Source: Chiloscyllium plagiosum
Lineage: Eukaryota
DNA: 64,000 bases
Direction: 5' to 3'
Assembly (NCBI RefSeq): GCF_004010195.1
Contig: NC_057749.1
Coordinates: 26,458,591 to 26,522,590, forward strand
A program made the position numbers and the translations under genes. This document shows positions 49,601 through 62,759 of the stretch, piece by piece. The stretch's first letter is position 1. Each line of letters starts with the position of its first letter. The notes beneath the pieces are model-generated. The model ran no database searches. It had not been told where the DNA came from and saw nothing but the letters and a program-made list of their open reading frames with translations.

Positions 49601-50515
49601 TATATAAAAAGAAGCTAATATGAACTTAGATTAAAGTCATACATGTGTCATGGTAATGTGGTTAAAGAATAAAAGAAAAAGAAGCCATCTTTTAATTATG
49701 ATGGTTCATTTCTTTTCTTAAGAGGGGAGGTGTTAGAAAGGTGTAGGTGTGTACTGTACCTGAGAGAGAGAGCGCGCGCGAGAGCACAAGAGAGAGAGCG
49801 CGCGCGAGAGCACAAGAGAGAGAGCGCGAGAGCACAAGAGAGAGAGAGCGCGAGAGAACGAGAGCACAGAATGTGCTGAACAATTTAAAAATGTAAGACT
49901 TGGTTCAAACAAATAGCTGGAATTGTGTTGCCATGGAATAAAAACAAATTCAAATTGGGCCAGTTTAAATTATGCTCCAGATACCAAAATCCAATCAAAT
50001 TTGAACTTAGTGTTTTGATGACATCAAACCAATGAAATGATCCAATATTTTGGGGTATAAAACCAGGCATTTTGAACAATTAGAGGAAGAACTAGCAAGT
50101 ATCAACAAGTATAGACAGCTAGCCGAATAGCTCTCTGAAAGGTACCTGTCCATAAAGAAAAATTGTGCAGCAGAAGACCGAAGAAGAGACAACCCAGGAA
50201 AATCTACAGAGGAAAATCAACAAAGCTGACTGGTTTTGAAATGTGATCTTTATTTTTTAAATCTTAAATTGTTCTTTTTTAAAATCAGACCAGTATTGTA
50301 GAGTTGTAGGTGAAAGATAGGTTTAACAGAAAGGAGTTGTAAACAGTGGTTTTAATGTACTCTGTTGGACTTAAAGAATAAAATTATTAATATTTACTTT
50401 AGTGAAAATATGGGATAGTTCTTTGCCTCTCAAAATTTAACAGATTACGGCATGAGGTGAGCTACTCTATGTGTCAGGTTTGAATTAGCAGAGGGGTTTA
50501 CCGCATGTCATAACA
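46689..50515 (+). mobile_element. Second Gmr1-like Gypsy element, 5'-truncated and lacking the integrase core
   Basis: gag end, then PR region at about 47100-47400, INT zinc finger (AHGPPVGGHLGVRKT..FYWPG..CGTC) at 47765-47965, RT at 48200-48950 and RNase H at 48988-49555. PPT AAGAGGGGAGG at 49720-49730; 3' LTR at 49731-50515 (TG...CA). Confidence 0.88.
49761..49868. repeat. Compound (GA)n/(GC)n/GCACAA low-complexity repeat inside the LTR
   Basis: Repeated GAGAGAGCGCGCGAGAGCACAA units. Confidence 0.9.
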
Positions 50516-50599
50516 CCAGTGTTCCTCAAATATAAAGTCCTCCCTCCTACACCAACTCTTAAGACATATGTTCATCTACTGAGTGATCTATAACTATAT

Positions 50600-52100
50600 T
50601 GACTAGAACACAGCACACCTTAACTGTCACTAGAGACAAAGTACAAGGAAAACTAATAGGGTTAAAAACTAATATGGCCTCGAGATATGAGAGTTTACAA
50701 TTCTTGGATGCAATCTAAGTAGCTATAGTGGTAGTTGATGGACCAACAATCTTCCAAGAATCTTTAGATTTTAGGAAAGTCCCAAAAGGTGTGAAAACTA
50801 CCAATTGTAACACCCTTATTCAAAAAAAAAAGTGAGACAAAAATAAAGGCAACTAAAGGCGGTTTAGCTGAACATCTGTCATTGGGAAAATGTTAAGAGT
50901 CCATTATACAGGATGTAATGGCACAGCATTTAGAAATCAATTATAAATTATATTTAGAAATAGAATAAAATCATCAGAGTCCAGCATTGCTTCATGAAGG
51001 GGAAATCATATCTGAAAACTTTATTTTAGATCTTTGAGGATTTAACAAGCAAGGTAAAGAGAACTAATGAAAGTAATATATTTGGACTTTCAAAAGGCAC
51101 AGATGCTGATAAGAAATTTGCAGGTGACATAAAAATAGCTGGGAAGACAAGTGGTGAGGATGGCACAAAGAGTCAGGAGAGGGCTACAGACAGTTTAAGT
51201 GATTGGACAAAATATTGGCAAATGAAATATAATGTGGAGAAATTATATTGAGAGATTGAGAGATTATATATTTTAGCAGGAAAAATGTAGGAGTTGAATG
51301 TTACTTAAATGGAGAAAACTGCCGCACAGAGGGATCCGGGGTCCTCATGCAGCAAGCACAAAAGTTAGTATGCAAGTTTAGCAGGTAGTTGGGAAGGCAA
51401 ATGGAATGTTGGTCTTTATTCCAAAGGGATTGGAGTATAAAAATAGTGAGGTCTTGTTAAAGCTAAACAAGGCACTAGCCAGACCTTGCATGGAATACTA
51501 TGATTTGGAGATGCTAAAGGTGACTAAGTTAAATAAACCTGTTGGACTGTAGCCTGACGTTGTGAGATTTTTAACTTTGGAATACCATGAACAGTTTTGG
51601 TCCCTGTAACTAAGGGGAGATACACTGGAATTGGAAGCAGGTCCAGGGAAGGTTCACTGGGCTGATACTGGGCATAGAGGTACTGTCTTAAAAAGAGAGG
51701 TTAGGCCCATACTCATTGGAGTTTAGAACAATGAGAGGTAACCTTATTGAAATATAGAAGATTTTTAGGGGTCCTGACAGGTGGATACAGAAAGCGTGTT
51801 TAACCTTGTAAAAGTGTCTAGGATCAGAGGGTATAAACTCAGTGAAGAATTGCCTATTTGAGACAGAGAAGAGGAGCAATATTTTTATCTCAAAGGTTAG
51901 TGAATCTGTGGAATTCTTTATTGCAGACAGCTGTTGATCCTAGGTGATTAAGTATATTCAAGCAGAAACAAATTTTATTCAGTCTGGGGGAAAAAAGTCA
52001 AAAAAGTGGAGTTGAGGGTCATCAGAACAGCCATAATCTCTGAATAGTAGAGCAGACTCGATGAGCTGAATTGCTTACGCCTGCTCCTATGTTTTATGGT
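50600..52100 (+). mobile_element. Old, degraded CR1 LINE
   Basis: Degenerate RT and 3' UTR motifs. Confidence 0.7.
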
Positions 52101-54020
52101 TTTATGGAGTAATTTCAAGATTACAACCTCCGAGGTCCTGCTTTTCAACTTCTGTTTGATCTGTAACAAAACAATTTAAGAATTTTCTGTGGTCTTCTTC
52201 CACCAGGTTTCCATCCATCTTTGAATAATCTAGAGAAGAGGCTGGACAATACATGAAAGATTATATTGATTATAAGAGTGATGTAGAGGTGCTGATGTTG
52301 GACTGGGCTGGACAAAGTTGAAAATCACACAACACCAGGTTATAGTCCAACAGGGGGCATATATCCTTAAGCATTTGGGTTAAAATCAGTAAATTTGATA
52401 GTAGGCATTATGCACCGGTTTCCCAACTGAAAACCCTGACATCTCTTGTGCAACCAGATCACATTAAAGAAGAATTAAACCAAACCTACGACTGCTAAAA
52501 GTTAAATATTCTTTATCATCTGACTTTAAATATACACATTTTCAAATATGGGACTTTGTATAGCTCTCATCAGCTTTCAAACCATTACAATTCCACATTT
52601 GAACTATGGATCTAACTCTTCTCTCTGCCATTATCTCTCTGCTCCAGGCTATTCAGAGCTTGGGTTGCAGCATCTTTTAGAAAGTTTCCAAAGCAGGAAT
52701 ATACTTTATTTTCTTTAGCAATTCAGTGCACTCTATCCTGTGGATGCTCGGGTATGGTTGAGCTTTTTCAAAGTCCAAGGGGAACAACGAGATGGCAGAC
52801 CAATTAAATACATGCTTTAAACACAAATAAGAGTCATACAGCATAGAAACAGACCTGTTGGTCCAACCAGTCCATGCTGAACATAATCCCAAACTAAACT
52901 AGTCCCACTTGCCTTATCCCTCCAAGCCTTTCCATTCATGTATCTATCCAAATACCTTTTAAAAGCTATCACAATATTACCTAATTGTACCTACATCCAT
53001 CACTTTCTCAAGAAATTCATTCCACACGCGAACCACTATAAAAAATTTGCCTTTTATCTCTTTTTATAATCTCTTGCCTCTCAGTTAAAAAATGTGCCTA
53101 GTCTTGAAATCCCCTATCCTCAGGAAAAGACAACTACTGTTATCACCATCTATATCTATTAACTGATAACTGATATCTTTTATCAGATCACCTCTCAACC
53201 TCCTCTGCTCCAGTGAACAAAGTCCCAGCCTTTCTTTATAACTCAAACCTTCCAAACCTGGCAACATCCTCGTAAATCTCTTCTGAACTCTCTCCAGCTA
53301 GATAATATCCTTCCCATAACAGGGTGATCAGAACTGGATACAGTATTCCAGAAGAAGCCTCACCAATGTCCTGTACAACCTCAACATGACTTCCCAACTC
53401 CTATGCTCAAAGGAGTGGAGCCACAGCAAATGGAGGAGATACGAAATGTATATTTTGCATCAGTATTTATTGTGGAAAAGGATATGGAAGATATAGATTG
53501 TAGGGAAATAGATGATGACACCTTGCAAAATGTCCAGATTACAGAGGAGGAAGTGCTGGATGTCTTGAAATGGGTAAAGGCGGATAAATCCCCAGGACCT
53601 GATCAGGTGTAAACGAGAACTCTGTGCGTAGCTAGAGAAGTGATTACTGGGCCTCTTGCTCAGATATTTGTATCATCGATAGTCACAGGTGAGGTGCCGG
53701 AAGACTGGAGGTTGGCAAACATGATACCACTGTTTAAAAAGGGTGGTAAAGACAAGCCAGGGAACTATAGACCAGTGAGCCTGACCTCGGTGGTGGGCAA
53801 GTTGTTGGAGGGAATCCTGAGGGACAGGACGTACATATATTTGGAAAGGCAAGGACTGATTCGGGATAGTTAACATGGTTTTGTGCGTGGGAAATCATGT
53901 CTCACAAACTTGATTTAGTTTTTTGAAGTAACAAAGAAGATTGATGAGGGCAAAGCGGTAGATGTGATCTATATGACTTCAGTAAGGCGTTCGACAAGGT
54001 TCCCCATGGGAGACTGATTA

Positions 54021-54602
54021 NNNNNNNNNNNNNNNNNNNNNNNNNNNNNNNNNNNNNNNNNNNNNNNNNNNNNNNNNNNNNNNNNNNNNNNNNNNNNNNN
54101 NNNNNNNNNNNNNNNNNNNNNNNNNNNNNNNNNNNNNNNNNNNNNNNNNNNNNNNNNNNNNNNNNNNNNNNNNNNNNNNNNNNNNNNNNNNNNNNNNNNN
54201 NNNNNNNNNNNNNNNNNNNNNNNNNNNNNNNNNNNNNNNNNNNNNNNNNNNNNNNNNNNNNNNNNNNNNNNNNNNNNNNNNNNNNNNNNNNNNNNNNNNN
54301 NNNNNNNNNNNNNNNNNNNNNNNNNNNNNNNNNNNNNNNNNNNNNNNNNNNNNNNNNNNNNNNNNNNNNNNNNNNNNNNNNNNNNNNNNNNNNNNNNNNN
54401 NNNNNNNNNNNNNNNNNNNNNNNNNNNNNNNNNNNNNNNNNNNNNNNNNNNNNNNNNNNNNNNNNNNNNNNNNNNNNNNNNNNNNNNNNNNNNNNNNNNN
54501 NNNNNNNNNNNNNNNNNNNNNNNNNNNNNNNNNNNNNNNNNNNNNNNNNNNNNNNNNNNNNNNNNNNNNNNNNNNNNNNNNNNNNNNNNNNNNNNNNNNN
54601 NN
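54021..54602. other. Assembly gap (N run)
   Basis: Run of N. Confidence 1.
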
Positions 54603-55310
54603 GGGGTCGGGGAGTCCAGAACTAGAAGGCATAGGTTTAGGGTGAGAGGGGAAAGATATAAAAAGAGACCTAAGGGGCAACTTTTTCATGCAGTGGTACA
54701 TGTATGGAATGAGCTGCCTGGGGATGTGGTGGAGGCTGGTACAATTGCAACATTTAAGAGGCATTTGGATGGGTATATGAATAGGAAGGGTTTGGAGGGA
54801 TATGGGCTGGGCGCTGGCAGGTGGGACTAACTTAGGTTGGGATATCTGTTCGGCATGGACTAGTTGGACCAAAGGGTCTGTTTCCATGCCGTACACCTCT
54901 ATGACTCTATGACTGAGTAATGAAAGTAAGCGAGCCAAGTGCCTTTTTATTCACCCTGTCTATATATGACACAAACGTCAAAGAATTATGTACCTGCACC
55001 CCATGAGTCCCTCTGTTCTACAACACTAAAGGCCGAACCATTAATTGTATAAGCCCTACCCTTGTTTGTTGTACGAAAATGCAATATCTCGCATTTATCC
55101 AGATTGAACTCCAGCCATTTTTTAGGCCATTGACCTGTTTGATCAAGATCCCTTTGTAATCTTCGAAAATCTTCTTCATTGCCCTCCAAGCCACCAATCA
55201 TGGTGTTATCCACAAACTTACTAACCATACCTTCTATATTCTCATCCAAATCATTTATATAAATGACAAATCAAAAGAGGACCCAGAACCGAACCCTGTG
55301 GAACATCGCT

Positions 55311-55660
55311 GGGAGACAATGGCCTAGTAGTATTATCGCTGGACTGTTAATCCAAAGATCCAGGTAACTTTCTGTGGACCTGCATCCAAATTCCACCATG
55401 GCAGTGGACATTCAATAAACATCAGAATTAAGAGTCTAATAATGGCCATGAATCTGTTGTCAATTGTCCGAAAAACCCATCTGGTTCACTAATGTCCTTT
55501 AGGGAAGGAAACTGCAATCCTTACCTGGTCTGGCCTACATGTGACTCCAGATCCACAGCAATGTGGTGACTCATAACTGCCCTCTGGGCAATTAAGAACG
55601 GGCAATAAATGCTGACCCAGCAAATGATGCCCTCCTCCTGTAAATGAATATGAAAAAAAG
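55311..55660 (+). mobile_element. Second SINE family (tRNA-like head, LINE-derived tail, A-rich end; possibly DeuSINE/SacSINE1-like)
   Basis: Head TGGCCTAGTAGTATTATCGCTGGACTGTTAATCC and tail GGGCAATAAATGCTG...AAAAAAA. Inserted in CR1. A related, internally deleted copy lies at about 61553-61770. Confidence 0.55.
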
Positions 55661-55754
55661 GCCTCCAGTCTGAAATGCAACCTCAACTATCATTCTGTCT
55701 CCTGCCATTAAGCCAATTATATATCCAATTGGCAAGCTCTTCCTGAATCCCATG

Positions 55755-55886
55755 TGAGGAGAAAGTGAGGACTGCTGATGCTGGAGATCAGAGCTGAAAA
55801 TGTGTTGCTGGAAAAGCGCAGCAGGTCAGGCAGCATGCAAGGAGCAGGAGAATCGACGTTTCAGGCATAAGCCCTTCTTCAGGAAT
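55755..55886 (-). mobile_element. Penelope-end fragment (family 1) with a hammerhead motif
   Basis: Minus-strand CTGAAGAAGGGCTTATGCCTGAAACGTC at 55882-55855. Confidence 0.7.
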
Positions 55887-58800
55887 ATTCATTTAGTATG
55901 TCTCCCATCTTGGTAATGATTTTTTAAGAGGCCCTACCCTCTCGCTCTTAATGTATTTGTGGAATCTCTTTGAATTATCCTTAATCTTATCCACCGATGC
56001 TCTCTCAAACCCCTTCTTTGCCTTCCTGATTTCTCTTTACCCAAAAGAACAAAAGAACATAAGAAATAGGAGCAGAATTAGGCCATTTGCTCCCTCTACC
56101 TTTGAAGATATGCCCTCTTGTCCCAGTTTCATCCACCAGTGGAAACATCCTCTCTACTTCTATCTTATCCAGTCTCTTCATAATTTTATATGTTTCAATA
56201 AGATTCCCCCCAGTTCTTCTAAATTCCAATAAATATAACCCCAGTCTACTCTCCTCATAAGCCAACCCCTTCAACTCCAGAATCAACCTGTGAATCTCCT
56301 CTGCATCCCCTCTAGTGCCAGTACATCTCTTCTCAAGTAAGGAGACAGAAACTGTACACAGTACTCTAGGTGTGGCTATACAGCTGCATGAGATGATAAA
56401 CTTCACCCCAAAGTATTTAAGGAAGTGGCCTAATTTTCTCTATATGGATTGGAGGGTAGCTAATGTAACTTCAATATTAAGAAGGGAGGCAGAGAGAAAA
56501 CAGTCAATTATAGACAAGTTAGCTTGATATCATAGTGAGAACAATATCAGCGTTCAATATAAAAGATAGAACAGCAGAGCACTTGAAGGTGAAGACAAGA
56601 TTGGGTAGAGCCAGCTTGGATTTCAGAAGGTTTTCAATGAGGACCCATATAACAGATCGGAATGCAAAATTAAAGTGCTTGGATTCAGGGTAGTGTACGA
56701 ACAAGGATATGGAACTGGTTGGAAGACTGTAAACAAATAGGAATAAACAGGTCTTATTCCGAGTGGCAGGCACTGACTAATGGGGTACTGCAGGGAGCAG
56801 TATTTCCACCACAGCAATTTACAATATACATAATTGATCTGGATGAAGGAACGAATTGTAACATCTCCACGTTTGTAGATGACACAAAGGCTGGGTGGGA
56901 GAGGATGCTTTGAGGATGATGCAAAGAAACGTATGAGAGATTTGGTCAAGTAAAGTAAATGGAGACATAAATGGCAAATGTAGTATAATGTGGACGAACG
57001 TAAGGTCATCCACTTTGGTAGCAAAAACAGGAAGACAAATTATTTGAACAGCCACAGATTAGAAATGAGAGAAGTGCAATGTGACCTGGTGCCCTTATAT
57101 ACTAATTTTTAATGACTGTATACAGGTGCAGCAGGTGGTGAAGAAAACAAATGGCATTTGGCCTTCATTGTGAGGGGATCGGAGTACAGGAGCAGAGATA
57201 TCTTGCTGCAATTCTACAGGGCTTTGGTGAGACTACATCTGGAGTATTGTGTGCAGTTTTGCTCTCCTGATCTGAGGAAGGATATTCTAGCTATTGAATT
57301 AAGATTAACTTTATTGTCACATATTGTCACATGTACTCACATGAGTACAGTGAAACGTTTACAAGCTGTCACTTACGGCACCATCTAGATACAGGTACAG
57401 ATTCTTAATGACAAATCAAAGTCATACAGTCATAGCGTTCTATAGCACAGAGACCGGCCCTTTGGCCCAAACTGGTCCATGCCGACCAAAATGTTCATCC
57501 ACACGAACCCCATTTCCCTGCACTCGGCCCACATCCTTCTAATCCTTTTCTATCCATGTATTTGTCCAAATGCCTTTTAAATGTTGTTAATGTACCCACC
57601 TCAACGACTTCCCCTTGCAGTTCATGCCAAATGGGTATCACCCTCTGTGTAAAACTGTTGTCCCACAGGTTCCCTTTTACTCTTTCCCCTCCATCCTTAA
57701 ACTGATGTCCTGTAGTCCTCAATTCCCCAACCTTGGGGAAAAAAACTGCATGAATTCACCCTATCCATGCCTCTCGTGATCTTGTATATACCTCTATAAG
57801 GTCCCTCTTCAGTCTCCTGTGCTCGAAAGAAAAAGGTCCTAACTTGTCCCCCAAAAACTCAGACCACTGAGTCCAGGCAACATCCTTGTAAATTGCTTCT
57901 GCACTCTTTCCAGTTTAATAACATCCTTCCCATAACAAGCTGACCAAGACTGAACACAAAACTCCAAAGGCGGCCTCACCAACGTCCTGCATTATCTGCA
58001 AACGTAACTTCCCAAAATCTATACTCAGTGTCCTGACTGATGAAAGTCAGTGTGCCAAAAGCCTTCTTCATTGTCCTGCCTACCTGTGACTCCACTTTCA
58101 GAGAACCGTGCACCTGAACTCCAAGATCCCTTTGTTCTACTACACTCCTTAAAGTCCGACATTCACTATGAAACTCCTACCTTGATCTGACTTTCCAAAA
58201 TGCAACACCTCACACTTATCTATATTAACCATTTGCCATTTCTCAGAATACTTCCCCAGCTGATCAAGGTCCTGCTGCAATTTCTGACAACCTTCCTTCA
58301 CTGTCCATGATACCGCCTATTTTAGTGCCATCAGCAAACTTACTCATCCTGCCTTGTACATTCTCATCCCAAATCATTGATAGTGATTACAAACGGTAAT
58401 CGGCCCATCACTGAACCCTGAGGCACTACACTAGTCACAGGCCCCTAGGTCTGACCAGCATCCCTCCACTATTACCCTCTGCTTCCCACCATCAATCCAA
58501 TTGTGTATCCAATTTGCCAGCTCCCCCTGGATTCCTTGTAATCTAACCTTCCAGAGCAGCTTACCATGTAGAACTTTATCATAGCCCTTACTGAAATCCA
58601 TATAGACTACATCTACTGCCCTGCCCTCATCAATCTTCCTAATCATTTCATCAAAGAATTCTAAAAAAACTTGAGGCATGATCTCCACTCACAAAACCAT
58701 GCTGACTAATTGGATAACTGCTTGAAACTATTTTAAGTTTCTGCTTAGTGTGAACTTTGTGGCATTACAGCAGAATAAACTGAGTGAATCCCTCCCTACA

Positions 58801-60045
58801 AACAGGAAGGTGAATAAGGTGAATTGAGGAAGTGCAATGAAGATTTATCGTACTGAATTCTGGAAATGGCAGGACTGATATACGGAAAGAGGCTAGATCA
58901 GTTAGAATAGTTTCAGGAAGTATGTTCTTGATGACTGGGAATTCCAATACTGAGGGTCACAGTCTAAGGATAACTCTTTGGACAGAATTGAGGAAGAAAT
59001 TCTTCATCCAGGGAGTGGTGAGTCTCTTTCTGCTCTGTCACAGGATTCTGCCAAGGACACCACTCGCTGGGTGAACATTGAAGACTTTCAAGAAAGATCT
59101 ACATATTTTTAGGGCTTAAGGACTAACACAGATATTGGAGGAGGGGGAACGGTACAGGGGACCATGTGGATAATTAAATATGATCATACTGATTGGCAGT
59201 GCAGTCTCAAAGGGCTAAATGGCTCTTATTTTCCATGTTTCTACAAACCACAGCTGCCTCCTCAATCCAATGGCTTACGATAACAGAACGGATGTCACCT
59301 CAACATGCTCTGAAATAATTAACAGCTCATCATGAATTTTGGTGCTTCTTCCTTCAGAGTTGCCATGACTCTTTTATATGATAAAACAGCTTAAGATACT
59401 GCTTCTGCTACACATTTACAAACCCATAGCTAACTCAATCTTGGCTCAATATATCAGACTATTCCTGCAAACTGGCCTTTTTGACTGGAGAAGGATTTCC
59501 AATTCATTAGTTTCAATTATTTCTCCTAAAATGTCCTGTCAGAAATTATGCCTTTGTCCTCTTTCCTCATGCAGTCAGCCTTTTCAGCAGCTTACAGCCC
59601 TTCGGACTGAGGATATCCAGAGATTCTCATTACATGTAAACAGCTAAGTGTTGCACTAGACCCATTGGGGTCCTCAATGCACTTGCATTTTCCTACAGAC
59701 ACCAAGCCAACAGAACAGCTCAAACCTTCTGTGGCACAGTTAGTCAAAATCTATGCTATTAGCGTTGCACTTCATGTTATTTAAATACATTTAAATGTGG
59801 AATCATGTGGCACAATTGTAATTTCAGAAAGCCTTTTGAGGAGCAGTGAATCTTGGACAAGAATCTCTGGATTTTTGTGTCTAAGTACATGTTTGGTAAT
59901 TGGAAGCTGTTGTTTGATTTTTACAGAAATAATGGTGAGCTGTAACATTTCTCTAAATGTGCTAGCTCCTGCTGAGAAGCAGTGTGTACCAGCTCTCAAT
60001 ATTTCCTCTTCTCGACTATAAATCCAGTTCAAACACTGCCCTCAC

Positions 60046-60172
60046 CTGGTGTATAACCCCATGGCTCATAGTATGAAGGAAATACCCCCAAGTGACAACC
60101 ACGTACAAACTCTTCATAGTCAAGTGGCAGCAGTGGGCTGGTGGAAGACAGAAATTCAGGATGGAAGATCAC
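60046..60172 (-). CDS. GYS1: GYS1 coding exon ([42 protein letters not shown])
   Basis: 127 bp with ttgtttAG and GTGAGG. Contains the catalytic E-x7-E motif ([10 protein letters not shown]), which is completed by the next exon. Confidence 0.98.
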
Positions 60173-60716
60173 CTAAACAATGAGAAAATGGTTATTTTTG
60201 CACCTTTGCAATTTAAAAAAACATCTGTGAACGAGTATGAAATGGAGAGGAAATAGTGAAGGGCCACAGCACCATTGTGCAGATGCACACAATAGCTTCA
60301 GTTAACTTTGGTGAAATGCTGGGATATCTAGATTGCAACAATGTCAGAAGTAAAGTGACAACTTAATATAATAGCATCGAGCAGCATTCAGCCGGAAATT
60401 CAGGTGAAAGCACTGAAAAGTTGGAGAGATATTAATTGTCTTTCACGGTCTGCTTTTCAGCCCATCAATAATGGGAAATGTTTGCAAGTCCACAATCTGA
60501 TTCTGATCCTTGCCAATTTCAAGACAAGTGCTGAATCATTGCTTGACGTGGTTATAGGAAATAAAAGAATTGCTCCAATTTTGACCAGCTGAAGCTTCAA
60601 GTTAAAGGAAAAATAAATATGCATTTTCACCCTACAGTTTTAAACACATGAACATCAAGCCATAAAAAGAATCTTGTGTGAAGGAGTCTGAAGGAAATAA
60701 TATTGAGTAGTGTAAG

Positions 60717-61502
60717 TGTCACAAAGCTGGTCCCTTTTTTTAAAAAAAGCTGTTCCTTTTCTCAAGGATACTGTGTCCTTGACCTTTTTCAGAAGGATCG
60801 TAAACAGGCCGGGCTCCGATTGACTAGTTTGGTACAGAGATGGAAAGGATTTTGAGGCCTTTTGTTTATATGTGAACAGATGAGACTTCAGGCCAAAGTG
60901 GTCATGCTTTAAAAGTGACCTGTATAATGGAAGGGGAGTGGTCAGCTCTCTAGCTCAGCAGTTCAGTCGAGAACCAATTGGGAATTCAGCTGTGGAATGT
61001 GTGAACAGGCTCTCTCCCTTTCTGGATAAAAGCAAATTACTGCGGATGCTGGAATCTGAGCTTTGACAAAGGGTCAGTTAGACTCAAACCTTCAGCTCTT
61101 TTCTCTCCTTACAGATGCTGCCAGACTTGCTGAGATTTTCCGGCATTTTCTCTTTTTTAGTCTCTCCCTTTCTGCCTTTTTAACTTCAAACTGTAAGCAT
61201 ATGTTCCTTTCTTTTACCAGTGTTTTAAAGGGGTTTGCTTATTGGGACTGTTGTGTATATTCAGAACAGCATAATTAAGTCTGGTTTGGATAGACTGAGT
61301 TCTGTAGGGGTTCTTTATTCTGTTCTTTGTGTTATATTGTGTAACTTTGTGAATAATTTTTGTCTGTTTTAAAATCTGGTAGTCAACCTAGCTAACTTAC
61401 TCTGGGTAATTTTCACTGTATGCCTACTGAAACAAATTGTAAATTTATCATCTGGGCTGCTTGCTTAAGAATGTTTTGAGTGGTCTGGCCCAGTCCATAA
61501 CA
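60717..61502 (+). repeat. Solo LTR of the same family as the 11773-19638 element, containing a nested Penelope-end-like fragment (about 61027-61158)
   Basis: TGTCACAAAG...CCATAACA matches the reverse complement of the family-1 LTRs. 4-bp TSD TAAG at 60713-60716 and 61503-61506. Confidence 0.88.
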
Positions 61503-61974
61503 TAAGTGACAAACTTAGGATGATGAATAAACATCTTCCCACCAACTGTAGGAAGGCAATAGCCTAGTGGTATTATTGTTAGACTATTAACCAAAAAACT
61601 CAGCTAATGTTCTGGGGGCCCGGGTTCAAATGCCATCATCCCATCAAATAGGTGACAGAATTTGAATTCAATAACAAATCTAGAATTAAGGTTGTAATGA
61701 TGACCATAGGATGGACAATAAGTGCAGGCCTAGCCATAGTTGCCCCCACCCTGTGAGCAAACAAAAAAAGTTAGAATATGTTACTAGGATGTAACCAGAA
61801 CTACTAGCCTCCAATGCAGTGTGTTCGGAACAGCTTAATCCCCATTTTACTCAAGTTAAGGGATAAACTGACACACTTATTTTCAGCAGCCAGCAAACTG
61901 TCATGGTAAACATGCTGGGAAGTTGTTACTGGGGCTGGAGCAAATGTAAATTCAGGTGTGGAGCAAGATGAAGG

Positions 61975-62315
61975 CTCATACAGTGACTTAGTGCTTAGCA
62001 CTGCTGCCTCATAGCGCCAGGGACCCAGGTTCAATTCTAACCTCAGCTGACTGTCTGTGTGGAGTTTGCACATTCTCCTTGTGTCTGTGCAGGTTTCTTC
62101 TGGGTGCTCTGATTTCCGCTGCAGTCCAAAGATGTGCGGGTCAGATGGATTAGCTGTAGGTAGTTGCATGGGTCCAGGGATGTGCAGGTTAGATGGGTTA
62201 GCCATGGGAAATGCAGGGTTACAGGGATGAGGGTGGGTGTAGGTTTGGGTGGGTGCTCTATGGGTGTAGATTTAATGGGCCGAATGGCCTGCTTCCACAC
62301 TGTATTGATTCTATA
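61975..62315 (+). mobile_element. Diverged HE1-like SINE
   Basis: SINE head and core, with an internal duplication of the GATGTGC.GGT.AG motif. Confidence 0.75.
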
Positions 62316-62645
62316 ATAAGTAACACAAAATCTTGCTGCATCTAACCCGAGATACTGAGCAGAGAAAGGATTTGCATTTCAATTGCACTTTTTTTTAAAA
62401 CTACCTGCTGTAGTTCACAAATAATGAAGTATTTATAAAGTGTAGAAAGAGCAATAATGTAGGAATAGTATGACAAATATATTTAACTCATCTAAAAATG
62501 TATTTATCTCATGTAACTCTCTGGATATTGGTTTCCCAGAAGGAGAAGGGTTCTATTCCCCAGCATTAGCATCATTTTCAGCAATGAACAAAACTCATTC
62601 AAATATATCAGACTCGGTTCAAGAGTGGAGCACCCAGGTACTCAC

Positions 62646-62759
62646 CTTTACTCGGTCATTGGGATGGTTGAACAAGCCAATACGTCGAATTGTGCTCAAA
62701 ATTGGATCTGTAGAGTCATCCAGCATGTTGTGTGTGCACACCGGAGGCAATGACTGGCG
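62646..62759 (-). CDS. GYS1: GYS1 coding exon ([38 protein letters not shown]); upstream exons lie outside the window
   Basis: 114 bp, phase 0-0, with ctgttcttcAG and [17 protein letters not shown] is GYS1-type. Confidence 0.97.

Larger units (their letters stand above)
52830..59240. mobile_element. Cluster of nested CR1 fragments on both strands
   Basis: Examples: 53405-54020 plus (KSPGPDQV, VPEDWRLAN, PGNYRPVSLTS), 54603-54912 plus (3' end), 56390-57295 plus, 57420-58710 minus. Confidence 0.85.

Noticed and set aside
19948..54938. Long ORFs containing X runs
   Set aside because: These are artefacts of translating through assembly gaps.
22335..62759. Assignment as liver-type GYS2
   Set aside because: Diagnostic residues ([28 protein letters not shown]) and an RKSS site-1a-like motif fit GYS1 better. 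A phylogeny would confirm this.
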